The position numbers and the translations under genes are program-made. This document shows, one piece after another, positions 21,068 to 31,047 of a stretch of DNA of 64,000 bases (its first letter is position 1; each line of letters opens with the position of its first letter). Location of the stretch: assembly GCA_030433355.1 (NCBI GenBank), contig JAUIMG010000004.1, positions 76,260 through 140,259 on the forward strand. Reading direction: 5' to 3'. The stretch comes from Bacteroidia bacterium (lineage in GTDB: Bacteria; Bacteroidota; Bacteroidia; Flavobacteriales_E; Vicingaceae). The notes beneath the pieces were generated by a model. It did no database searches, was not told where the DNA came from, and was given only the letters and a program-made list of their open reading frames with translations.

Positions 21068-21097
21068 AGCGGGTTTGGAAACAATCCCGCTTTTTTT
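21068..21097 (+). terminator. Rho-independent terminator between convergent icd and the LysR gene
   Basis: GC stem agcggg...cccgct followed by a T7 run. Confidence 0.6.
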
Positions 21098-22022
21098 ATT
21101 GGAAATTTTCAAACCACTCGAAGCGATCTTTTGTGATTCTATCTTTTTCTTGGTTTACATATTCTAAATAAGCTTTAGCAGCAGGAGAGAAATTTTTGTT
21201 TTTCAACCAAATTAAATTCCACTCGGTTATAATAGGCAGTTGCTTTGTTGGGATAATCTTTATGTCTCCATTAATTAGTTCATTTTTGATTCCTATTAGT
21301 GGCATAATGGAGTAACCCAAACCTGCAATTACCGCTTGTTTTACCGCTTCATTAGAAGTTAATTCTAGTTTTTTTAAGATATCTAAATTGTTTTTTTCAA
21401 TAAACTCTTCCATGGCTTTTCTTGTAGCAGAGCCCTTTTCTCTAAAGATTAAAGGCATATTTTCTAATTCTTTATTGTTTAAATAGCCTTCTTTAGCTTC
21501 GAAGTTTTTGCCGCCTACTAAATACAATTTATTTTGCAAAAGCTCTATACGGTCAATAATAAGGTTTTCGGGTAAAACAGAAACCATGGCAAAATCTATA
21601 TCATTTTTATTCAAGCTATTAACCACCATTTCTTTGTTGGTGACATCCATTTTAAGGTTTACACCAGGGTTTTTTTGAAGAAATTCAGCTATAAAAAATG
21701 GCATTACATATTTACCAGTAGACACACAAGATAGTCTAATTCTTCCACTAATTTCTCCTTTGTATGCTAAAGCTTTATGCTTCATTTCGTAGGCCTCACT
21801 TAATATTTTATCTACCGATTCCGCTATTTCTAAACCGAAATCTGTAATGTAAAGCTGCCTGCCTATTACTTCTGTTAATGGAATATTAAATTGGTCCTGA
21901 AAGTTTTTTAATTGTATAGATACCGCAGGTTGACTTAAATGTAACTCTTTGGCCGCTTTGGTTATACTCTGATGTTTTACTATCTTTTTGAAAATTTTAA
22001 GTTGATTGAGCGTATAATTCAT
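21096..22022 (-). CDS. LysR family transcriptional regulator
   Basis: N-terminal HTH ITKAAKELHLSQPAVSIQLK plus a substrate-binding domain. Confidence 0.85.
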   Translation of the reverse strand: MNYTLNQLKIFKKIVKHQSITKAAKELHLSQPAVSIQLKNFQDQFNIPLTEVIGRQLYITDFGLEIAESVDKILSEAYEMKHKALAYKGEISGRIRLSCVSTGKYVMPFFIAEFLQKNPGVNLKMDVTNKEMVVNSLNKNDIDFAMVSVLPENLIIDRIELLQNKLYLVGGKNFEAKEGYLNNKELENMPLIFREKGSATRKAMEEFIEKNNLDILKKLELTSNEAVKQAVIAGLGYSIMPLIGIKNELINGDIKIIPTKQLPIITEWNLIWLKNKNFSPAAKAYLEYVNQEKDRITKDRFEWFENFQ

Positions 22023-22059
22023 AAGAGTTTCATTATGTAAAACTTTTTAAATATAATCA

Positions 22060-22073
22060 TTTGCATATGCAAA
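22060..22073. promoter_or_regulatory. Perfect 14-bp palindrome TTTGCATATGCAAA, candidate LysR box
   Basis: Lies in the divergent intergenic region between the LysR gene and the 91-aa/SbtA-like operon. It has a T-N11-A-compatible dyad. Confidence 0.45.
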
Positions 22074-22100
22074 AGTATTCCTTAATTTGAAAAAAAAACA

Positions 22101-22376
22101 ATGGCTGAAAAGAATATAGATTTTATAGATGGAGTCTTTGATCAAACAGAGGCAGCTGAGATTTTACTTTCTGTGATAAACGATAAAATAAGGTTTCATA
22201 ATGTTAGTATTCTAGGAAGTAAAGAGAGATCGGATGGGGATTATTCTCATTCAGAACATAGATTGGAGCAGCTTAATAAAGCCAAAGATGAAATTATGCG
22301 GATGTTTAGAACAGAATGTGATCAAAATAGTAGAATTAGGATAAAGAGTAATATATCGATTGAAATCTTAGAATAA
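22101..22376 (+). CDS. Hypothetical 91-aa protein
   Basis: ORF only. It ends 5 nt upstream of the SbtA-like gene, and I recognise no motif in it. Confidence 0.4.
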   Translation: MAEKNIDFIDGVFDQTEAAEILLSVINDKIRFHNVSILGSKERSDGDYSHSEHRLEQLNKAKDEIMRMFRTECDQNSRIRIKSNISIEILE

Positions 22377-22381
22377 GTACT

Positions 22382-23344
22382 ATGGATTTACATCTACTGG
22401 TAGATAACTTAACCAACCCTGCTTTATTATTCTTTTTTCTTGGATTAATTGCCGTACAACTGAGGAGTGATTTAGAAATTCCACCAAACTCTTCCAAGTT
22501 TATCTCTCTCTACCTTCTCTTTTCTATTGGTTTTAAAGGAGGACAAGAACTTTCACATAGCGATTTTAGTCAAGAGGTTTGGTTCATGATTTCTGCAGGT
22601 ATTGGTTTGGCGGTATTGGTTCCAATCTATACCTTCTTTATCTTACGTAGAAAGCTAAATGTAGAAAACTCCGGAGCTATAGCGGCATCTTATGGTTCTG
22701 TAAGTGCAGTTACTTTTATTACTGCTATCTCTTTTCTAGAGTTAGAAGGAATTCCCTTTGGTGGACATATGGTAGCAGTGATGGCCTTGATGGAAGCGCC
22801 ATCTATTATTGTTGGAATGGCTTTAATCTTTCTCTTTGCAGGCAAGCAATCCAAAGAAATGTCCGTAGGTAGGATCTTGAGGCATTCTTTTACCAATGGT
22901 AGTGTAATGCTGATTTTGGGGAGTTTAGTGATTGGCTTTGTTGCCAATGAGCAGCAAGCAGCTGGAATTAAACCTTTTACAACGGATATATTCAAAGGTT
23001 TTCTTGCTATCTTTTTGTTGGATATGGGAATTGCGAGTGGAAAACGATTAAACTCTTTCTTTAAGAAAGGTTGGTTTACACTCCTTTTCGCTGTTGTTGT
23101 TCCATTGGTGAACGGCTCTGTAATAGCCATGAGCAGTGGTTTGATTAGTGATTCCATAGGGAACCGTTTCTTACTGTCTATCCTTGCTGCTAGTGCATCT
23201 TATATTGCCGTGCCTGCCGCTATGCGGATTGTAGTGCCAAAGGCAAACCCTTCTTTGTACATTCCCATGGCTTTAGCAATTACTTTTCCCTTAAATATTA
23301 CTTTAGGCATGCCATTGTACCTATATTTGATTAATAATTTCTAG
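22382..23344 (+). CDS. Sodium-dependent bicarbonate transport family permease (SbtA-like)
   Basis: Protein with about 10 TM helices. Its N-terminus LFFFLGLIAVQLRSDLEIP...FKGGQEL resembles the SbtA/DUF897 family as I remember it. Confidence 0.65.
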   Translation: MDLHLLVDNLTNPALLFFFLGLIAVQLRSDLEIPPNSSKFISLYLLFSIGFKGGQELSHSDFSQEVWFMISAGIGLAVLVPIYTFFILRRKLNVENSGAIAASYGSVSAVTFITAISFLELEGIPFGGHMVAVMALMEAPSIIVGMALIFLFAGKQSKEMSVGRILRHSFTNGSVMLILGSLVIGFVANEQQAAGIKPFTTDIFKGFLAIFLLDMGIASGKRLNSFFKKGWFTLLFAVVVPLVNGSVIAMSSGLISDSIGNRFLLSILAASASYIAVPAAMRIVVPKANPSLYIPMALAITFPLNITLGMPLYLYLINNF

Positions 23345-23348
23345 TTCC

Positions 23349-23699
23349 TTGGGTTTAAATAACAACGACATCATTAAAAAACTACGTGTAGCACTAAAGC
23401 TAAGAGATGACGATATCATTCGTATCTTAAAGCACGTTGGTTATGAGATTTCTAAAACAGAATTGAGCGCTTTTTTTAGAAGTGAAGATCATACGAACTT
23501 CAAACCGCTAAAAGACCAAATATTGAGAAATTTTCTCAATGGCTTGGTAATAGAAAAGCGGGGTAGGATGGACCGGCCAAAGGATAAAGACCCTAAAGTT
23601 GCAGGGACAAAACCCAAAGCAGCAGCTCCAAAGAAACCAAGCATAGAAAAGCACGGAGCAAAGCGAGTTGTACGTTTTAAAAAAAGCTCTGAAGATTAA
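23349..23699 (+). CDS. DUF1456-like protein with a Lys/Pro-rich basic tail
   Basis: IIKKLRVALKLRDDDIIRIL...ISKTELSAFFR matches the YehS/DUF1456 repeat as I remember it. The track uses a TTG start. Confidence 0.55.
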   Translation: MGLNNNDIIKKLRVALKLRDDDIIRILKHVGYEISKTELSAFFRSEDHTNFKPLKDQILRNFLNGLVIEKRGRMDRPKDKDPKVAGTKPKAAAPKKPSIEKHGAKRVVRFKKSSED

Positions 23700-23760
23700 T
23701 CCGTTTGTTAATAGATGGTAAAAGCATGCGAATAAATACATCTTTGCTTAAATTTGTTTC

Positions 23761-24174
23761 ATGTCATCTTTGAAAAAGATACTTTCTATCTCTCTTTTAA
23801 TCTGCTTTGCCATTAGCTCTATTGGCATTGGCGTGCATAAACATTATTGTGCAGGCTATTTGGCAGATGTAAGTATTTACCTTCCTTCCAACCCTTGCAA
23901 TATGGAAGAGGGAGAAATGTCTTGCCACAAAAAGAAAAAGAAATGCTGCGAAGATGAATTTCAATTCATCCAATTGGATCAAGATCTACAGAAAAAAGAG
24001 TTAAGCAACTTTCCATTAGAAGATGTATTCAAAGAGATTGAAAAGCCAAGAATTTTAACTTTTATCGCTTTAAACACAGAAGAAACAATTGACTTCTCTA
24101 AAGCGAAAGACCCTCCCGATATAGGAAAAAAGCCCCTGTATCAATTTTTTAAACGGTATACTTTTTATGGATGA
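23761..24174 (+). CDS. HYC_CC_PP family protein
   Basis: Contains the three name-giving motifs HKHYCAG, KKCCEDE and KDPPDIG, plus an N-terminal TM helix. Confidence 0.55.
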   Translation: MSSLKKILSISLLICFAISSIGIGVHKHYCAGYLADVSIYLPSNPCNMEEGEMSCHKKKKKCCEDEFQFIQLDQDLQKKELSNFPLEDVFKEIEKPRILTFIALNTEETIDFSKAKDPPDIGKKPLYQFFKRYTFYG

Positions 24175-24226
24175 TTTTTGCAGATTACTTCCAGCATAAA
24201 TCAAAATAATAGTTAAAAAATATACC

Positions 24227-24586
24227 ATGAAAAATATAATCATCACAATAATAGCTGTTTTCGCATTCAGCTTTGCTCAAGGGCAAGAAAAAAGCGATTC
24301 TAAAATTGTAGAAACATCTTTTGAAGTAGATGGAGTTTGCGGCATGTGCAAAGACCGAATAGAAGAGGCCGCTATGCGCACCAAAGGAGTAAAATTGGCG
24401 AATTGGGATAAAACTACCAAGGAGCTAAAAGTAACTTACAGAAGTGATAAAACTACAGAAGAAGCTATACAGCAGTCTGTTGCTTCTGTAGGACACGAAA
24501 CTCCTGCTACACCTGCAGATACATCTGCATACGCAAAGCTTCCAGGATGTTGCCGATACAAGGACGGCGCTAAGTGCGGCCATTAA
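24227..24586 (+). CDS. Heavy-metal-associated (HMA) domain protein, secreted
   Basis: Signal peptide, the GVCGMCKDRIE metal-binding motif, and a Cys-rich C-terminus LPGCCRYKDGAKCGH. Confidence 0.75.
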   Translation: MKNIIITIIAVFAFSFAQGQEKSDSKIVETSFEVDGVCGMCKDRIEEAAMRTKGVKLANWDKTTKELKVTYRSDKTTEEAIQQSVASVGHETPATPADTSAYAKLPGCCRYKDGAKCGH

Positions 24587-24595
24587 GCTCTAGTT

Positions 24596-26866
24596 ATGAG
24601 AATATATGTATTGCTTGCTATTTTGATAGCAAGTCATATTGGCTATGCACAACAAAGTCTTAAAGGGGTTGTATTAACTGAAAATAAGAAAGGAAAGCTG
24701 GAAGCGGTTCCTTTTGCCAATGTTTATTGGAAAGACACCAATATCGGGACATCCACCGATAGTTCTGGTACTTTTCAAATAGCAATCAGTGATCAATCCA
24801 ATGTGTTAATTGGCAGTTTTGTTGGTTTTCAGTCGGATACCATAGCGGTAGAAGATTTCAATAAGACAGTTACGCTTAAACTAAATTCTTCGGTGCAGCT
24901 TAAGGCTGTGGAAGTAGAATATAGAAGAAAAAGCACGGAGATGTCTTTTATCAATCCCATTAAAATGGAAGATATAAGCGAGAAGGAACTCTTTAAAGCT
25001 GCTTGTTGCAACCTTTCAGAGAGCTTTGAGACCAACCCTTCTGTAGATGTCAATTTTACAGATGCTATCACCGGAACTAGGCAAATAAGAATGCTTGGTT
25101 TGGATGGTCCTTACACCTTGATTACTAGAGAGAATATGATAGGAATACGAGGTTTGGGAAATGCTTATGGCATTTCCTTTATTCCAGGTTCTTGGATAAG
25201 CTCCATACAGGTAACCAAGGGAGTTGGCTCTGTAGTGAATGGTTATGAAAGTATAGCAGGACAGATCAATGTGGAGTTGAAAAAGCCAGATGAAGGGGAA
25301 CAGACTTTTTTGAATGTGTATGGAAACCGATCTGGACGTACGGAGTTGAATTTTATCAATACCCAGAAGCTAAGTGAGAAATGGTCGACTACCTTAATGC
25401 TGCATGGCAATACCAGGCCTTTGGAGCAAGATAGGAATGAGGATGGCTTTATGGATTTTCCCATGCAGAACCAAATCAATGTGGTGAACCGTTGGAAATT
25501 CAACAGTGGAAAAGGTTTGATGAGTCAGTTTGGGGTACATTATGTGAAAGATGAAAAGGATGGCGGACAAACTGCAGAGCAGATAAAGGATTCAGAAGCG
25601 ATCAACCCATTGTACAATGCCTACAAAGTAGAGGTGAATACAGAAAGAGTAGAAGGTTTTGCTAAGCTAGGCTATGTTTTTCCGGAGTTTAAATACAAAA
25701 GCTTTGGCTTTCAATTTTCGGCCATGAACCACGATCAGAACTCTGTTTTTGGCATTAGAAAATACGATGCTAATCAGCAGACTTTTTATGCCAATGGTAT
25801 TTACCAAAGTATTATTGGAACTACAGATCATGTGATTAAAGCTGGATTGAGTTTTATGTACGATGGTTATGAAGAGCAATTGGACACCTTAAGTTTTAAT
25901 AGAATTGAAAGAGTGCCAGGAGTTTTTGCAGAGTATACCTTCACGCCATCCAATAACATCACTTTGGTAGCAGGAGCAAGGGTAGATGAAAATAATGTCT
26001 ATGGAACCATTTACTCTGCTAGAATGCATTTTAGATGGGCTTTGGATGAGTTTACCGTGCTCCGTTTGCAGGCAGGTAATGGACAAAGAACTGCCAATCC
26101 AATTGCAGAGAAGCAATATGTGCTGGTAAGTTCTAGAAGTTTTGAGCTTTTGGGCGATGCAAATTTGCCTTATGGCTTGAAGCCGGAGAAAGCCACCAAT
26201 TTGGGCTTGAACATAAGCAGAGAGTTTCAAATAGACTACCGAGAAGGTTATGTGACTTTAGATCTTTACCGAACTAACTTTAGCCAGCAGCTGGTGTTAG
26301 ACTTGGATGAAAGCAGCAGAAGGGCGCTATTTTATAATCTAGATGGAGAATCTTTCTCCAATAGCATGCAATTGGAAGTGGCTTATGAGCTCATCAAATT
26401 CTTGGATTTAAAAATGGCCTACCGTTGGATGGAAGTGAGGACGGATTTTAGAAGCGGTTTGCGACAAAAGCCCTTTACGCCCAAGCATCGATTTTTTGCC
26501 AATTTGGCTTATGAGACAAGGACAAGTCTAAAGGGTTCTAATTGGACCTTTGATTTAACCGGACAGTGGTTGGGAGAGCAAAGGCTGCCATTTACCTCTG
26601 AAAATAGCTTAGAAAACCAGAGAGCAGAAACAGCGCCTTCTTTTACCTTGTGGAATACACAAATTACAAGAAACTTTAACCAGCGTTGGGCAGGCTATGT
26701 TGGGGTAGAAAATATCTTTGATTTTAGGCAAGACAATCCAATAATAGCTGCTGAAAACCCATTTGGTAGTGAGTTTGATGCTTCTATGGTTTGGGGGCCA
26801 ATCTTTGGAAGAATGATTTACGGAGGGCTTCGATTTGTGTTGAATGATAAGACGAAAAAGAAGTAA
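24596..26866 (+). CDS. TonB-dependent receptor with a CarboxypepD_reg-like N-terminal domain
   Basis: Signal peptide, then LKGVVLTE...VPFANVYW, a plug domain, and a long beta-barrel. Confidence 0.85.
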   Translation: MRIYVLLAILIASHIGYAQQSLKGVVLTENKKGKLEAVPFANVYWKDTNIGTSTDSSGTFQIAISDQSNVLIGSFVGFQSDTIAVEDFNKTVTLKLNSSVQLKAVEVEYRRKSTEMSFINPIKMEDISEKELFKAACCNLSESFETNPSVDVNFTDAITGTRQIRMLGLDGPYTLITRENMIGIRGLGNAYGISFIPGSWISSIQVTKGVGSVVNGYESIAGQINVELKKPDEGEQTFLNVYGNRSGRTELNFINTQKLSEKWSTTLMLHGNTRPLEQDRNEDGFMDFPMQNQINVVNRWKFNSGKGLMSQFGVHYVKDEKDGGQTAEQIKDSEAINPLYNAYKVEVNTERVEGFAKLGYVFPEFKYKSFGFQFSAMNHDQNSVFGIRKYDANQQTFYANGIYQSIIGTTDHVIKAGLSFMYDGYEEQLDTLSFNRIERVPGVFAEYTFTPSNNITLVAGARVDENNVYGTIYSARMHFRWALDEFTVLRLQAGNGQRTANPIAEKQYVLVSSRSFELLGDANLPYGLKPEKATNLGLNISREFQIDYREGYVTLDLYRTNFSQQLVLDLDESSRRALFYNLDGESFSNSMQLEVAYELIKFLDLKMAYRWMEVRTDFRSGLRQKPFTPKHRFFANLAYETRTSLKGSNWTFDLTGQWLGEQRLPFTSENSLENQRAETAPSFTLWNTQITRNFNQRWAGYVGVENIFDFRQDNPIIAAENPFGSEFDASMVWGPIFGRMIYGGLRFVLNDKTKKK

Positions 26867-26873
26867 ATAAAAA

Positions 26874-26906
26874 CTAAGTCAGTTCCTTAAACTGGCTTAG
26901 TTTTTT
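26874..26906 (+). terminator. Rho-independent terminator after the TonB receptor gene
   Basis: Hairpin ctaagtcag / ctggcttag with one mismatch, followed by a T6 run. Confidence 0.6.
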
Positions 26907-27029
26907 ACTTATCAACAGCTTAAAATGCCATCAATTCTAACTTTAGAATAAAGCACCCTATCTTATCAACAGCGGAGAAATTTCACTAGGCTTTTAGCTA
27001 CATTTATCTCTCTCAAATTATCGCTTTTT

Positions 27030-30000
27030 ATGCCCGATTTTTCGCACTTACACGTACATACCCAATACTCCCTTTTAGATGGAGCTGCACCTATCAATGC
27101 TTTGATGGAAAAGGCCAAGGGCGATAGGATGAAGGCAGTAGCGCTGACCGATCATGGGAATATGTTTGGTGCTTTTCAGTTTGTAGCTGCAGCACAGCGC
27201 CATAACATTACCCCGGTAGTTGGTTGTGAATTTTATTTGGTAGAAGATCGCTTTAAAAAAGAGTTTACCGGAGGCAAAAGAGACAAGCGCTTCCATCAAT
27301 TGCTGTTGGCAAAGAATCAAAAAGGCTATGAGAACCTTTCTAAGCTCTGTTCTTTGGGTTATATTGAGGGTTTGTACTCCAAGTACCCCCGTATCGATAT
27401 GGAGCTTCTAAAGAAGTATAAAGAGGGTTTGATTGCTACTACTTGTTGCATTGCTTCTGTAATTCAGCAAGGCATTCTCTTTAAATCGGAAGAAGAAGCA
27501 GAGAAAACCTTTGTAGAATGGTATGAGCTTTTTGGCGACGATTACTTCATAGAGCTGCAAAGACACGATCTAGGAGAGATTGATGGCACCGGCAAGACCC
27601 AAGAAGATGTGAATCAAATCTTAATGAAATGGTCGAAGAAGTACGGAGTGCCCATGATCGCCACCAACGATTCGCACTATGTAGACGAAGAAGATTGGAC
27701 GGCACATGATATTTTACTTTGCATCAATACCGGAGATAAGCTAAGTACGCCAAAAGGACAGGGGAAAGGCTATCGCTTTGGTTTTCCGAATAGCAATTTC
27801 TACTTCAAGACGCAGGCAGAAATGAACGAGCTGTTTAAAGATGTGCCAGAAGCTATCGACAATACCAATTTAGTCATCGACAAGATTACGGCACCTAAAC
27901 TAGAGCGTGATATATTGTTACCTAACTATACTCTTCCTGAAGGTTTTACCGACCAAAACGAATACCTGCGTCACATTACTTTTGAAGGAGCGAAAAGAAG
28001 GTATGGTTCCATCACCGCAGAGGTGGAACAGCGACTCAATTACGAATTGAGCGTAGTTAAAGACATGAACTTTCCTGGCTATTTCTTGATTGTGCAAGAT
28101 TTTACCACCGTTGCTAGACAAAAAGGCGTATCGGTTGGACCAGGTAGAGGTTCTGCTGCAGGATCTGCTGTGGCCTATTGCATTGGTATTACCAACATTG
28201 ACCCAATCAAATACAATCTACTCTTTGAGCGTTTCCTAAATCCGGAAAGGGTGAGCATGCCCGATATTGATATTGACTTTGACGATGAGGGAAGAAGTAA
28301 GATTATTGATTATGTGGTAGATAAGTACGGTAAAAACCAAGTAGCTCAAATTATTACCTATGGTTCTATGGCTGCAAAGAGCTCAATTAGAGATGTAGGT
28401 AGAGTGTTAGATATGCCTCTTCCTGAGGTAGATAAGATTTCAAAGATGGTGCCGGGTATGAGCCTTGGAAAGATCTTCGATAGCCAAGAAAGTGAGCTGA
28501 AGAAAATCCTAAATGCCGACGAATTTGCCCAAGTGAAAGAGATGCGGGAGATTATCTTAAGAGACGACCTTGCAGGAAAAACCTTGACCCAAGCCAAGAC
28601 TTTAGAAGGCTCGGTAAGAAATACTGGGGTGCATGCCTGCGGTATTATCATCTCGCCCGACGATATTACCAATTACGTGCCCGTTTGTACCTCTAAAGAC
28701 TCGGATTTACTGCTTACGCAGTTCGACAATAAGGTGGTGGAGGAAGCCGGCCTGTTGAAGATGGACTTCTTGGGCTTGAAAACCCTAACCATCATCAAAG
28801 ATGCCATTGCCTTGATCGAGGAGAATTATGGGGTAAAGATAGATCCAGATGAAATTCCACTAGACGACGAAAAGACCTATCAACTCTACCAAAGGGGAGA
28901 AACCAATGGAACTTTTCAGTTTGAGTCTGCCGGTATGCAGAAACATTTGAAGAATCTGAAACCCACCAATATAGAAGATTTGATTGCCATGAACGCCTTG
29001 TACCGTCCGGGTCCAATGCAGTTTATTGATTTATTCGTTTCGCGAAAGCGTGGCGATGTGCCCATAGAATACCCTCACGAGCTCTTAGGAGAGCTTTTAG
29101 AGAACACTTACGGGATTATGGTATACCAAGAGCAAATTATGCAGGCAGCGCAAATTATGGCCGGCTATAGCCTTGGAGAAGCAGACATACTGCGTCGTGC
29201 TATGGGAAAGAAGAAGATGGACGTGATGCAGCAGCAGAAGGCAAAATTTATAGAAGGCGCAGAAAAGCTACATCAGGTAGATCCAAAGAAGAGTGAAGAA
29301 GTGTTTGATATCATGCTAAAGTTTGCTGAATACGGCTTTAACCGCTCGCATTCTGCAGCCTACTCTGTGGTAGCCTTCCAAACGGCCTATTTAAAAGCCA
29401 ACTATCCAGAAGAATACATGGCTGCCGTGCTTACCAACAACATGAACGACATCAAAAAGGTGACTTTCTTTATGGAAGAATGCCGAAGAATGGGCACGCA
29501 GGTATTGGGACCAGATGTGAATGAGAGTGCCTACAAATTCACGGTAAACAAAAACAAGCAGATTCGGTTCGGCCTAGGAGCCTTAAAAGGAGTAGGAGAA
29601 GGCGCTGTAGAAGCCATTGTAAACGAACGCAAGAAAAACGGGCCCTACACTTCTATTTTCGATTTAAGCAAGCGTATTGACCTAAGAGCAGCCAATAAAA
29701 AGACCTTTGAGAGCTTGGCATTGGCCGGTGGCTTCGATTCTTTTAAGGAGGTGCATCGGGCGCAATACTTTCATGCTGTAAATGGAGAAGCGCCATTCTT
29801 AGAGAAAGCCATTCGCTTTGGCAGCATGCATCAAGAACAAGAAAATTCGGCACAAGCCTCTTTGTTTGGCGGAGAAGCAGCCATAGATATCCCTGAGCCT
29901 GAAATACCTGCTGCAGAAGAATGGGGAAGAATGGAGAAACTCTCCAAAGAGAAAGAAGTAGTGGGAATTTACCTTTCTGGCCATCCGCTTGACGATTATA

Positions 30001-30572
30001 AGTTTGAGATAGAGCAGTATTGCACCGCCAAAGTGCGCGATTTGGGCGATATGGAAGCCATGCTGAAAAAAGGAGAAGTGAAAGTGGCGGGCATAGTTAC
30101 CGAAGCACAGCATAGAACTACCAAAACTGGCAAGCCTTATGGAGTAATGGTTTTAGAGGGCTATGAAGAGAACCACCGCTTCATGTTTTTCTCCGACGAT
30201 TACATCAAATACAAGAGTTATTTAAGTACCGGCTGGTTTTTGTTTGTGGTGGGCAAGGTGCAAAAGCGCGCTTGGAACGATGAGTTGGAATTTAAAGTAA
30301 ACCGCATAGAGCTGCTCTCAGAAGTGCGTGACAAATTTTCTGAATCCATTAGTTTGAAGATTAATGTGGATGAGATAGACGAGCAGATGATTGCCTGGAT
30401 CAAGGGCTTGGAGGCAAAGAAGAAGGGAAATTGCAAGCTAGACATCTCTTTGGTAGACTATAAAGACAAATATGCAGTGAAGCTAAAATCTAGGAGTATC
30501 CTAGTAGATTTGACTAATGAGTTGATTGCAGACTTAGAAAAGAACGATAAAATAGAATTTAATGTAGTGTAA
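27030..30572 (+). CDS. dnaE: DNA polymerase III subunit alpha
   Basis: 1180 aa with a PHP domain (FSHLHVHTQYSLLDG), polymerase core motifs and an OB-fold C-terminus. Confidence 0.95.
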   Translation: MPDFSHLHVHTQYSLLDGAAPINALMEKAKGDRMKAVALTDHGNMFGAFQFVAAAQRHNITPVVGCEFYLVEDRFKKEFTGGKRDKRFHQLLLAKNQKGYENLSKLCSLGYIEGLYSKYPRIDMELLKKYKEGLIATTCCIASVIQQGILFKSEEEAEKTFVEWYELFGDDYFIELQRHDLGEIDGTGKTQEDVNQILMKWSKKYGVPMIATNDSHYVDEEDWTAHDILLCINTGDKLSTPKGQGKGYRFGFPNSNFYFKTQAEMNELFKDVPEAIDNTNLVIDKITAPKLERDILLPNYTLPEGFTDQNEYLRHITFEGAKRRYGSITAEVEQRLNYELSVVKDMNFPGYFLIVQDFTTVARQKGVSVGPGRGSAAGSAVAYCIGITNIDPIKYNLLFERFLNPERVSMPDIDIDFDDEGRSKIIDYVVDKYGKNQVAQIITYGSMAAKSSIRDVGRVLDMPLPEVDKISKMVPGMSLGKIFDSQESELKKILNADEFAQVKEMREIILRDDLAGKTLTQAKTLEGSVRNTGVHACGIIISPDDITNYVPVCTSKDSDLLLTQFDNKVVEEAGLLKMDFLGLKTLTIIKDAIALIEENYGVKIDPDEIPLDDEKTYQLYQRGETNGTFQFESAGMQKHLKNLKPTNIEDLIAMNALYRPGPMQFIDLFVSRKRGDVPIEYPHELLGELLENTYGIMVYQEQIMQAAQIMAGYSLGEADILRRAMGKKKMDVMQQQKAKFIEGAEKLHQVDPKKSEEVFDIMLKFAEYGFNRSHSAAYSVVAFQTAYLKANYPEEYMAAVLTNNMNDIKKVTFFMEECRRMGTQVLGPDVNESAYKFTVNKNKQIRFGLGALKGVGEGAVEAIVNERKKNGPYTSIFDLSKRIDLRAANKKTFESLALAGGFDSFKEVHRAQYFHAVNGEAPFLEKAIRFGSMHQEQENSAQASLFGGEAAIDIPEPEIPAAEEWGRMEKLSKEKEVVGIYLSGHPLDDYKFEIEQYCTAKVRDLGDMEAMLKKGEVKVAGIVTEAQHRTTKTGKPYGVMVLEGYEENHRFMFFSDDYIKYKSYLSTGWFLFVVGKVQKRAWNDELEFKVNRIELLSEVRDKFSESISLKINVDEIDEQMIAWIKGLEAKKKGNCKLDISLVDYKDKYAVKLKSRSILVDLTNELIADLEKNDKIEFNVV

Positions 30573-30646
30573 AAGTGTCAATATGTCGCCAAATGGTTTT
30601 GGCCTCCTATTTGAATACGTAATTTTGAAAAATAAAAACAACAGTT

Positions 30647-30967
30647 ATGGCATTAGAGTTAACAGACGCAAATTTTGAAGAAACAGTATTAAAATCAGAC
30701 AAGCCAGTATTGGTAGATTTTTGGGCAGAGTGGTGTGGACCATGTAGAATGGTTGGACCAGTAGTAGAAGAACTACACAATGATTACGAAGGTAAAGTAG
30801 TAGTAGGAAAAGTGAATGTAGATCACAATCCTGCAGTATCTGCACAGTTTGGAATTAGAAACATTCCTACGGTATTGATCTTTAAAAACGGAGAGATTGT
30901 AGACAAGCAAGTTGGTGCTGCTCCAAAATCTGCTTATGCAGATAAGTTGGATGCCCAATTGGCTTAA
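30647..30967 (+). CDS. trxA: Thioredoxin
   Basis: 106 aa with the WAEWCGPC active site. Confidence 0.9.
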   Translation: MALELTDANFEETVLKSDKPVLVDFWAEWCGPCRMVGPVVEELHNDYEGKVVVGKVNVDHNPAVSAQFGIRNIPTVLIFKNGEIVDKQVGAAPKSAYADKLDAQLA

Positions 30968-30988
30968 TTTCTTCCACAAAAAATAAAT

Positions 30989-31027
30989 AATCCCAATTTC
31001 TTGCTTTGCAGGAGGTTGGGATTTTTT
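30989..31027 (+). terminator. Rho-independent terminator after trxA
   Basis: Stem aatcccaa / ttgggatt followed by a T run. Confidence 0.65.
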
Positions 31028-31047
31028 AATATGCTTAATTTTCCCTT

